Shown here: positions 1 through 7,848 of the stretch, piece by piece
How the letters are laid out: each line of letters opens with the position of its first letter
How positions within the stretch are numbered: the first letter of the stretch is position 1
Made by a program: the position numbers and the translations under genes
The notes under the pieces: model-generated
Told to the model about the DNA's origin: nothing
What the model saw: only the letters and a program-made list of their open reading frames with translations
The model's database searches: none
Assembly: GCF_000737315.1 (NCBI RefSeq)
Contig: NZ_JMCB01000002.1
Location: 1 to 64,000 of the forward strand
Direction of reading: 5' to 3'
Origin: Hyalangium minutum
GTDB taxonomy: Bacteria > Myxococcota > Myxococcia > Myxococcales > Myxococcaceae
DNA length: 64,000 bases

Positions 1-504
1 GGGAGCGGGGAGTGCCTGCTGACGCTGAGTGGGCACGCGGGCGGTGTGACTGCGTGCGGGTGGAGTCCGGACGGGAAGCGAGTGGTGTCCGGGGCGTCTG
101 ACCGCACGGTGAAGGTGTGGGACGCGGGGAGCGGGGAGTGCCTACTGACGCTGAGCGGGCACGCGGGCGGTGTGACTGCGTGCGGGTGGAGTCCGGACGG
201 GAAGCGAGTGGTGTCCGGGGCGGATGACAGCACGGTGAAGGTGTGGGACGCAGGGAGCGGGGAGTGCCTGCTGACGCTGAGCGGGCACGCGGGCTTTGTG
301 AATGCGTGCGGGTGGAGTCCGGACGGGAAGCGAGTGGTGTCCGGGGCGGATGACAGCACGGTGAAGGTGTGGGACGCGGGGAGCGGGGAGTGCCTGCTGA
401 CGCTGAGCGGGCACGCGGGCTTTGTGAATGCGTGCGGGTGGAGTCCGGACGGGAAGCGAGTGGTGTCCGGGGCGTCTGACCGCACGGTGAAGGTGTGGGA
501 CGCG
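1..504 (+). repeat. Four near-identical 126-bp tandem coding repeats (1-126, 127-252, 253-378, 379-504) plus a partial fifth
   Basis: Direct comparison; each unit starts gggagcggggagtgcct and ends gtgtgggacgc(g/a). Confidence 0.97.
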
Positions 505-696
505 GGGAGCGGACAGTGCCTCTGGTCGGCTCACCAGCTCCCAGAAGGACAGATCGCCACGGTAGACGGCGCTCACGAGCGAATCCTCCATGCATCCGCA
601 GAGGCGTGGCGGTGGCTCGGCTGGCGGTGGATGGATCCTGCCACCGGCCGTCTTCGCATTCTCCCAGCGGAGATGTTTGGCCCCCTTCCCGCGTGA
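1..696 (+). CDS. C-terminal part of a WD40-repeat protein (5' end outside the window), probably the sensor region of a STAND/NLR-like protein
   Basis: Frame 1 is open from base 1; 42-aa repeats GH...CGWSPDGKRVVSGA.D.TVKVWD; stop at 694-696. NLR identity is inference. Confidence 0.9.
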   Translation, partial: GSGECLLTLSGHAGGVTACGWSPDGKRVVSGASDRTVKVWDAGSGECLLTLSGHAGGVTACGWSPDGKRVVSGADDSTVKVWDAGSGECLLTLSGHAGFVNACGWSPDGKRVVSGADDSTVKVWDAGSGECLLTLSGHAGFVNACGWSPDGKRVVSGASDRTVKVWDAGSGQCLWSAHQLPEGQIATVDGAHERILHASAEAWRWLGWRWMDPATGRLRILPAEMFGPLPA

Positions 697-820
697 TGCC
701 AACGGTCCCACGCCAGTGAAATCACACACAGTGGAAGCCAGCACCCAGCTGACCGCATCCTACTCCTCAGGTAAGATGCGGCAGTGGGAGGCCGTCGCCC
801 TCCACCTCCGCGAGGCGACC

Positions 821-2260
821 ATGCCGGACGAGTCTTCACTCACGCCGCATCCCGCCTTCCTGCCTCCCGGCACGGTGGTGGGGCCTTGGCGCGTGGTGGC
901 CTGGGCTGGCAGTGGCGTTCACGGGGCCGTGTACCGCGTGGTTCCCATGGACAACCCTCAGGCTCCCCCGGTGGCGCTCAAGCTGGCCCTGATGCCGAGA
1001 GATCCTCGCTTCGTGCGCGAGGCCCAGTTGCTTTCGCGCATCCGCCACCCGAGTGTTCCGCAGTTGGTGGGTTCCGGGCTCTGGCTGCATCCCAGTGGGC
1101 TTGTCTTCCCCTACCTGGCCATCGAATGGATCGACGGAATACCGCTCTACGACTGGACCCGGCGGAACCGTCCCTCTCAAGCGCAAGTGCTCCAATGGGT
1201 GGTGCAGCTCGCGGGAGCCCTCGCTGCTCTCCACGCACAGGGATGCGTCCACCGGGACGTGAAGGGCGCCAATGTGCTGGTGCGGCGCTCGGATGGCCGG
1301 GCCATGCTCACCGACTTCGGCACGGGCCGTTACCCGGAGGCCACCACGCTGACGCCGCCCCAGGTGCAGCCCGGCACTCCGGCCTACCGTGCCCCCGAGG
1401 CGGGACTCTTCGAACTGCAGTTCTTCTGGGACACCTCGGCTCGTTATCCGGCGGGGCCCGCGGATGATCTCTACGCGCTTGGCGTCACGGCCTGCCGGCT
1501 CGTCACCGGCGAATACCCGGAGTTCGCCCATCCGATTCAGGATGCCCAGGGCCAGTGGCACCTCGAGAAGGTGCTCCTTCCCGCCGCGCTCCAGCAGCTA
1601 AAGCCGCCCCTGAGAGAGCCCATCCTGCGCCTGCTATCGCTGCGCCCCGAGGATCGCGGCACTGCGGCCGAGCTTGCCCAGGCGTTGGAGTCCGTGAGCG
1701 AGCCCTCCTCGGAGAATCCTCCACAGCTCCCGGCTCAGACACCGTCCACGGTTCGTGCGCCCGCGCCAGCCGCGAGGCGTTCCTCCTCCTCGCGTGGACA
1801 GGTCGAAGCGGGGCTCTTGGTGGCTGTGGTGATGCTGGGGCTGACGGCCGGATCCTGGTGGCTCGCCCCAAGCCAGGTGCGCGGGAAGCCGGACCTTGCT
1901 CGAGCCGAGGCCTCAGGGCCCAGTCAGAAGGAGGGAGACTCGGCAGCGCTCGGGGAGACCGTTGCGGCGATGGTCCAGGAAAAGCCCCCCAGCGTGCTCA
2001 CGCCCGAGGCTGTGGCAGACGACCCGCTGCCCGAGCCTCAGGAGGGACAGGCGGTCCCGGACGCAAAGGGACGGTGCCAGCACAAGCGGCAGGTCGCTCT
2101 CAATGGAGGCTGTTGGGTGCCACAAACGCAGGATGGCGAAGGGTGTGAGTCCCTGACCGGACAGCTCTACAAGGGCACCTGCTACATCCCCGTGCTCCCT
2201 CGCGAGCGTCCCCGCCGCCCTCCGACTTCGGGCCCCACGAGGAAGGCTCCGCGCCGGTAG
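821..2260 (+). CDS. Membrane-anchored Ser/Thr protein kinase (myxobacterial Pkn type) with a Cys-containing C-terminal domain
   Basis: GSGVHGAVY, VALK, HRDVKGANV, DFG, GTPAYRAPE, DLYALG motifs; TM segment GLLVAVVMLGLTAGSWWLA; ATG at 821 preferred over the ORF-track start at 590. Confidence 0.92.
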   Translation: MPDESSLTPHPAFLPPGTVVGPWRVVAWAGSGVHGAVYRVVPMDNPQAPPVALKLALMPRDPRFVREAQLLSRIRHPSVPQLVGSGLWLHPSGLVFPYLAIEWIDGIPLYDWTRRNRPSQAQVLQWVVQLAGALAALHAQGCVHRDVKGANVLVRRSDGRAMLTDFGTGRYPEATTLTPPQVQPGTPAYRAPEAGLFELQFFWDTSARYPAGPADDLYALGVTACRLVTGEYPEFAHPIQDAQGQWHLEKVLLPAALQQLKPPLREPILRLLSLRPEDRGTAAELAQALESVSEPSSENPPQLPAQTPSTVRAPAPAARRSSSSRGQVEAGLLVAVVMLGLTAGSWWLAPSQVRGKPDLARAEASGPSQKEGDSAALGETVAAMVQEKPPSVLTPEAVADDPLPEPQEGQAVPDAKGRCQHKRQVALNGGCWVPQTQDGEGCESLTGQLYKGTCYIPVLPRERPRRPPTSGPTRKAPRR

Positions 2261-2276
2261 AGCAGGGGAATGGAAG

Positions 2277-2510
2277 TCACACGGGGAGATCTGCCTGCTG
2301 CGGCTCGGCCTTGGCGTCCTTCAGGCCCTTGATCGAGTAGTAGATGCCCGCAGCCACGGCGCCCCCTACGAGCACGAGGGCCGCAGCAGCGCCGCACGCA
2401 ACGATGGTCGCCGGACTGCCCCGCGCGCTCACCACAATGCCTCGGGAGGCTTCGACCGCCACCTCGATTGCCTTCGCACCGGCCTTCTGGAGGATCTGGC
2501 TCTTGGACAT
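2277..2510 (-). CDS. Small (77 aa) single-pass membrane protein, hypothetical
   Basis: MSKSQILQKAGAKAIEVAVE... with hydrophobic stretch IVACGAAAALVLVGGAVAAGIYY; fills the gap between genes. Confidence 0.55.
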   Translation of the reverse strand: MSKSQILQKAGAKAIEVAVEASRGIVVSARGSPATIVACGAAAALVLVGGAVAAGIYYSIKGLKDAKAEPQQADLPV

Positions 2511-2635
2511 GCCCCGGATGTTCAACCGTCCCGCACGGTGAAGCAACCGCACCCCAGCTCCGGGCCTTGCTCCCGCTGCCGTTCCCCTGAACAGCAAGCG
2601 GGCGGACGGGACGCCTCGCCGCCCTGGGCTTCCGC

Positions 2636-3316
2636 TCAGGGTGAGGCGGGCGGCTCGGAGACGTAGAGCTCCTTGAAGCTGCTCTCGTCCTCGCCGATGG
2701 GGCCGACTTCCTTGCCCGCCGGATCCACCAGCCAGAACCAGTCATAGGTGCCGCCGCCCAGGAAGTACTTGTGCTTCTGGACGATGAGCTTCCCCTGGTG
2801 CTCGCCGCGCGGGATGACCTCCAGGGTGTTGCCGTCCGTGACGAACGAAGTCTTCCCCGAGGCCACGTCCACCTTGTGCACCGAGCTCGACGTCGCCCAG
2901 GCCGCGCTCATGAAGTACACGGCCTTCCCATCTGGAGAGAACTGGGGCGCCTGGAGCCCGCCGAGGAACTTCTTCGGATCATCGCTCTCCGCGGACTTCA
3001 CGAGCTGCCGGGGCTTGCCGCCCGTGGTGCTGATCCACCAGAGCTCATTGGCCTCGACTTCGCCCGCGGCGGACTCCAGCTTCTTGCCGGAGCCCTTGCG
3101 GACGAAGACCACGGCCTTTCCGTCCGGCGAGAGGCTCGGCTGCGAGTCCTGTGCCCCGGAGGTCAGCGGGAGCTTCTTCCCGTTGGCCTCCACGAACACG
3201 ATGCGGCCCTTTTCCTCCACCACGGAGGGGCCTTTCGCCTCGGCGGGCAGGGCGAACAGGAAGAGGGACAGCAGCAGCGGAACAGCGGCCTTCAGGCAGG
3301 AGCGGAGCGTGGGCAT
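2636..3316 (-). CDS. Secreted TolB/PD40-like beta-propeller protein
   Basis: Signal peptide ending ALPAEA; PSLSPDGKAVVF and PQFSPDGKAVYF repeats. Confidence 0.8.
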   Translation of the reverse strand: MPTLRSCLKAAVPLLLSLFLFALPAEAKGPSVVEEKGRIVFVEANGKKLPLTSGAQDSQPSLSPDGKAVVFVRKGSGKKLESAAGEVEANELWWISTTGGKPRQLVKSAESDDPKKFLGGLQAPQFSPDGKAVYFMSAAWATSSSVHKVDVASGKTSFVTDGNTLEVIPRGEHQGKLIVQKHKYFLGGGTYDWFWLVDPAGKEVGPIGEDESSFKELYVSEPPASP

Positions 3317-3366
3317 GGCCTGAGTTGACCCACTCTTTGCCGAGAGGGCAACCCGGTGTGCTCCCG

Positions 3367-4047
3367 TTAGCGGGCCTCAAGTCCGCGAAGCAACGTCGTC
3401 AGCGCGTCCGTTAGCTCGGGCGTGAAGTCCACGCGCAGCGGTGCCATGTGGGGCAGGTCCAGCATCTCGCGCGTCACCGGCGCCACGTCCGCCAGCTGCC
3501 GCAGCCCCGTCATCAGCGCGTGCACATGGATGAAGAAGTGCCCGCCCTCGCCCCGCTTCAGGAACGCCAGCCGCTTCTCCAGCAGCGCTCCCACGCGCCC
3601 CCCCGCCGCCAGCAGCCGCTCCTGGAAGCCGCGCACCTGCTCCACCGTGACGTTCTGCTCGAGCACCGTCTGCCGCAGCGCCAACAGCCGCGTCAGCGTC
3701 TCCTCGCCCTCCAGCGACTCGGCCACCGTGCGCGCCACCTTCGCCCCCGTCCACCGGTCCTCGGTGCCACCCAGCTGCGCCTCCAGCTTCTCGAGCCAGG
3801 CGAAGAGCAGGTCCCCCAGCAGCGCCAGGAACAGCGCCTCCTTCGTCGGGAAGTAGAGGAACACCGTCCCCTTGGCGAGCTTCGAGCGCTCCGCCACATC
3901 CGCCATCTTCACCTCCGCATAGGAGGTGGCCGTGTAGAGCGCCTGCGTCTCCGCCAGGATGAGCTGACGCCGCGCCTCCTTGTCCTCGTCCCTGCGCGCC
4001 CGCTGCGGTCCCGCCCGCTTCGCCTTCGCCGTCCCATGGCTCACCAT
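3367..4047 (-). CDS. TetR family transcriptional regulator
   Basis: HTH VKMADVAERSKLAKGTVFLYFPTKEALF. Confidence 0.93.
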   Translation of the reverse strand: MVSHGTAKAKRAGPQRARRDEDKEARRQLILAETQALYTATSYAEVKMADVAERSKLAKGTVFLYFPTKEALFLALLGDLLFAWLEKLEAQLGGTEDRWTGAKVARTVAESLEGEETLTRLLALRQTVLEQNVTVEQVRGFQERLLAAGGRVGALLEKRLAFLKRGEGGHFFIHVHALMTGLRQLADVAPVTREMLDLPHMAPLRVDFTPELTDALTTLLRGLEAR

Positions 4048-4082
4048 GCGCCGGTCATGAGGGACCTGAAGTCAGCCGTCAA

Positions 4083-4095
4083 TGACCCTCGGTCA
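4083..4095. promoter_or_regulatory. Candidate TetR operator TGACC-N3-GGTCA
   Basis: Inverted repeat in the divergent gap between tetR and the PLD gene. Confidence 0.4.
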
Positions 4096-4150
4096 CTTCC
4101 TGAAGCCCCTGGGACTCGCCGTGAAGGCGAATGTGCGATAGTGTGGGCGC

Positions 4151-4759
4151 ATGATGCGAAGCATGCAGGCGGAGCTGCTCCAAGGCCGCGCGCTCTACCG
4201 CGAGGTGGTGCTGGCCAAGCTGGCGCACGCGCGCGAGTCGGTGTGGATCGCCACGGCGAACGTGAAGGCGATGTTCGTGGAGCAGGGCGGCCAGTTCGCT
4301 CCGGTGCTGGAGCTGTTCGATTCGCTCGCGAAGCGCGGGGTGGGGCTGCGGCTGCTGCACGCGGAGCTGCCGAGCCGTCCGTTCCGCGAGGCGTTCGACT
4401 CGCGCGAGCGGCTGGTGCGCGGCGGGCTGGAGCTGAAGGTGTGCCCGCGCGTGCACTTCAAGGCGGTGGTGGTGGATGGCGCGTGGGCCTACGTGGGCAG
4501 CGCCAACCTCACGGGCGCGGGCCTGGGCGCCAAGGGCGAGGACACGCGCAACTTCGAGCTCGGTTTCGTCACCGAGGACTTCGACGTCATCGACCGGGTG
4601 ACGGCGCTCTACCAGGCCGTGTGGAGCGGTGCCGAGTGCCGGAGCTGCCGGCTGCGCTCGATCTGCCCGGATCCGATTCTTCCCGCGAACGCTGCTCCCG
4701 CGAAGCAGAGGAAGTCCGACGGCATCCAGCTGGGCAAGGCTCGCCGCCTGCGCCGCTGA
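4151..4759 (+). CDS. Single-domain phospholipase D/nuclease-superfamily protein with a C-terminal CxxCxxxxxC motif
   Basis: HFKAVVVD (HxKxxxxD) followed by YVGSANLT; CRSCRLRSIC near the C-terminus. Confidence 0.85.
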   Translation: MMRSMQAELLQGRALYREVVLAKLAHARESVWIATANVKAMFVEQGGQFAPVLELFDSLAKRGVGLRLLHAELPSRPFREAFDSRERLVRGGLELKVCPRVHFKAVVVDGAWAYVGSANLTGAGLGAKGEDTRNFELGFVTEDFDVIDRVTALYQAVWSGAECRSCRLRSICPDPILPANAAPAKQRKSDGIQLGKARRLRR

Positions 4760-4762
4760 GCG

Positions 4763-5605
4763 CTACTCGCCCGAGGAGCTCTGCGGCGGGGGCTGCTGCT
4801 TGCGCTGCTGGTCACGCCAGGTACTGGGGGACTCGCCCACGAGCTTGCGGAACAAGCTGCTGAAGTGCTGCAGCGAGGCGCAGCCCACCTCCACCGCGAC
4901 GGCCGTCAGCTTCATGTCCGTCTCCATCAAGAGCTGCTGCGCGGTGCGCACCTGCACGTTGTTCAGCTCGGCCTGGAACGAGGTGTTGGCCTCCTTCAGG
5001 CGACGCTGGAGCGTCCGCTCGGACATGCCCATCTCGCGCGCCGTGTCCGCCAGGCTCGCCTCCACCAGCCGAGGCCGAAGCACGCGGTGGAGCTGCTGCA
5101 GCAGCGGCGACTCATTCGTGGCCTCGGCGACGAGCTTGTTCAGCTCCGCCATTAGCGCGGTGCCCTGCTCCTGCGTCAGGCCCAGCCACGTGAGCGCCTC
5201 GGCCGAGTCCGTGAAGACGCGGCTGGGATACGAGGGGCTCAGCAGGCTGTAGAACCCGCCCACCACCGCGCCGATGATTCCCTCCGGCCGCACCAGCGCC
5301 TGGCGCTTCACCGCCACGGCGAAGTCCTTCTCGCGCTGCCGCATGTAGTTGACGAAGAGGTGGAACGCACTGGGGTCCGGTGACTCCAGCCGCCGCAAGT
5401 CCACCAGCGACAGGTGCGGCGCCTCCGCTGTCCGCTCCACGTCCAGCACCTGCACCAGCCGGCGGATGAACGGCTCGTCAGCGCGCTGCCACACGATGAA
5501 CCCGCACAGGTCCGCCGAGGCGTACCAATGCAGGAACCCATCGCCGATCAGGTAACGGCCGATGGGGTCCCGGAGGTAATCGTCGACTCCGTCTGCCGGT
5601 CGCAC
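4763..5605 (-). CDS. AraC family transcriptional regulator (start uncertain)
   Basis: C-terminal double HTH LADTAREMGMSERTLQRRL...VAVEVGCASLQHFSSLFRK; GTG at 5605 chosen. Confidence 0.88.
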   Translation of the reverse strand: MRPADGVDDYLRDPIGRYLIGDGFLHWYASADLCGFIVWQRADEPFIRRLVQVLDVERTAEAPHLSLVDLRRLESPDPSAFHLFVNYMRQREKDFAVAVKRQALVRPEGIIGAVVGGFYSLLSPSYPSRVFTDSAEALTWLGLTQEQGTALMAELNKLVAEATNESPLLQQLHRVLRPRLVEASLADTAREMGMSERTLQRRLKEANTSFQAELNNVQVRTAQQLLMETDMKLTAVAVEVGCASLQHFSSLFRKLVGESPSTWRDQQRKQQPPPQSSSGE

Positions 5606-6447
5606 GGTTCGGCAGAATAGCCCCGGATCACCTTCGCCACCCACAAGGGATTGATCGGGGAGAGCGAGGTTTGCAGTGTTGGACGAACGCGGGCCGACGC
5701 TGCCAGCTCCTGGGTGGCCGTCGGCAGGTGCTGCCACGGCACCTGGGGCCAGAAGTGGTGCGCCTGATGATAGCCCGCGTTGAAGAAGAAGAAATTATAG
5801 AACCGGGACGTGGAGGTGACCGCCAGCGAGTCCCGACGCGTCGAGTCCGACTCGTAGTGCGCCGCCAGGTTGAGCCAGAAGATGGAGACCTGGCCCACCA
5901 GCCACAGGGCGAACAGGCTCAGCCCCAAAGCCGGCTCCCAGAAGACGAGCCCCAGCAGCGTGCCGTCCACCACCACGAAGTCCAGCACCAGCTCCAGGCG
6001 CTGCGTGCGCGTCTTCGCCGCCCGCCACACGTTGCCGACGATGGCCCACGGCCAGAACCACGGCTGCAGCGCGTTGCGCAGCACGTAGCGCACCGCGCCC
6101 TCACCGGGCTGACGGCGCCCCCAGTCTCCGGGCCCGTCGTTGTACTTGTGATGGTTGAAATGGAACAGGTAGTAGCCCCGGTACGGGAAGCCACATGACA
6201 GCCCGAGCGTCCGCGACACCCCCCACTTGAGCGCCGCGGGCTTCGCGATGGGCACGTGCATGTGGTTGTGCAGGACGGCGTAGTTCCAGAACAGCACCGC
6301 CCAGCCCGCCACTAACATCGCCGCCCGGCCTGTCCACGTCAGGTGGTTCCAGCTCAACACGAAGGCGGGGAACCAGGCCCACCACAGCGCGTGTACCGCG
6401 AGGCTCGGCAGGTCCAGCGAAGGGGACGTCGTTTGGGGGGGGCGCAT
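5548..6447 (-). CDS. Membrane fatty-acid desaturase family protein
   Basis: Three His boxes HNHMH, HFNHH, HQAHH; several hydrophobic segments. Confidence 0.9.
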   Translation of the reverse strand: MRPPQTTSPSLDLPSLAVHALWWAWFPAFVLSWNHLTWTGRAAMLVAGWAVLFWNYAVLHNHMHVPIAKPAALKWGVSRTLGLSCGFPYRGYYLFHFNHHKYNDGPGDWGRRQPGEGAVRYVLRNALQPWFWPWAIVGNVWRAAKTRTQRLELVLDFVVVDGTLLGLVFWEPALGLSLFALWLVGQVSIFWLNLAAHYESDSTRRDSLAVTSTSRFYNFFFFNAGYHQAHHFWPQVPWQHLPTATQELAASARVRPTLQTSLSPINPLWVAKVIRGYSAEPCDRQTESTITSGTPSAVT

Positions 6448-6573
6448 GGGGGCGATGTACGCCCCTGCCGCCCCAGGTCGCTTCTCTCCATGCGCCAAGG
6501 AGTTGCGAAAAAAAGCCAACCGGCGCGCGGAGACTTCAGCCGCTCGGCCTTCCTCCGCGGGAAGGCCGAACGG

Positions 6574-6930
6574 TCAGCGGATGGCGCCAGCCACCTGGCT
6601 GATGAGGCGCAGCTGCGCGGGCTCGAGGCGCCGCAGGGTGCGAAGCACGCGACGCACCTCGGGACGCTCGCCGTACTCCGGCGGATCCTCCGCCACCGCC
6701 ACCGGCTTCTCCGCCGACGCGACGCCCAGCAGCACGTCCGACGAGCAGTTGAGCACCAAGCACAGCCGCCGCAGCGTCTTCACGCTCGGCAACATGTGGC
6801 CGCGCTCGAGCCGGCCATACACCTCGGTGGCAATGCCGACGCGCTCAGCGACATCGGCCTGGGTCAAGTCCAAGCGCTGCCGTGCGGATCGCACGGAAGC
6901 TCCAATGATAGCTGCCAGCTTCTGTTCCAT
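6574..6930 (-). CDS. XRE family HTH regulator (alternative start at 7050)
   Basis: VRSARQRLDLTQADVAERVGIATEVYGRLERGHMLPSVKTL. Confidence 0.88.
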   Translation of the reverse strand: MEQKLAAIIGASVRSARQRLDLTQADVAERVGIATEVYGRLERGHMLPSVKTLRRLCLVLNCSSDVLLGVASAEKPVAVAEDPPEYGERPEVRRVLRTLRRLEPAQLRLISQVAGAIR

Positions 6931-7785
6931 GGCTGCTGACACCTGCGAAGAAGGGCGTTGACCCTCGGTGTCGCGAGATGCGCCATCGAGGGAGTCGTCA
7001 CTCGTTGTGAGCGACGGCGTAAGAGGGACATTACGGAGGGAGTCTGACATCCCAGGATCCTCGTAGCCGCCTCGGGAGGACTCTCCGCTCGCACCGCACG
7101 CGCACACCCCGTGCCGTCGCAGTGACGTACCGCACACAGTTCTACCTGTGCCGTCGTGAACAGGCGCCAAGGCCGATTTCTCGGCTTCCGAGCAGCCTGT
7201 GGGAGAATCAACCCGCAGCGTTGGAAATGAGTGGATCAACTTTGCGGTGGATCAACGCTTGCCGCCCTCGAAACGTTCCGAGGCCGAATTTCAGGCTCCG
7301 GAGCGATGTTTCCTTCGGAATCTGGGGGGCATGTCCTCGCTGATCAACCCTGCCTGATGGGATGGCCAGCCAGCGCGGCAAGCGCCACGCACGCGCGCGT
7401 GCAACACCTGCCCTCGCACGGCTGATCAGCTCGCGGTCCGCGCGTGAAGGTGCCGCATCCCGCCGTCTTGCACAGCATGGCGCGCGGTGCTGACGCGCTC
7501 GCACGCGGCGCTCTGTGATGGCCCGAGGACAGATGCGCGGCGGGCCTGCGTCATCACCTCGAGAGGGGGGAAGGGCTGCTGCAGGCTCCCATGACAGCCA
7601 GGAGGCCGGGCGCTGGCTCGTGCGCACACCCCTCCTGTACGCGCCGAGGCCGAAAAATCGGCCCGCGCGGTGTTGTCAATGGGGTTGAGGCCCGATCAGG
7701 CGAAAGCCTCAACTATTTCGGGGGTTTACCTGCCATTCGGGTCTGACATAAGGTGCCCGGACCCCGTGCCCAGGGGGGGGCTTGG

Positions 7786-7801
7786 TGTCCTATGTAGGAC
7801 A
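7786..7801. promoter_or_regulatory. 16-bp palindrome TGTCCTA-TG-TAGGACA upstream of pomY
   Basis: Perfect 7-bp arms, 48 bp before the pomY start; function inferred. Confidence 0.45.
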
Positions 7802-7848
7802 GCCCTCCCAGAGCACCCCAGCGCCTTGTGTGGAGGGCTCTTCAAGTC

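Noticed and set aside
1-520. Regular repeats as a possible CRISPR array
   Set aside because: Units are 126 bp, contiguous, have no unique spacers and encode in-frame WD40 repeats.
590-820. Extended N-terminus of the Ser/Thr kinase from the ORF track
   Set aside because: It overlaps the WD40 gene and has no domain features; ATG 821 gives a normal kinase start.
7786-7801. Calling the palindrome a bona fide parS site
   Set aside because: Five mismatches including the central CG, and only one copy; kept only as a parS-like finding.
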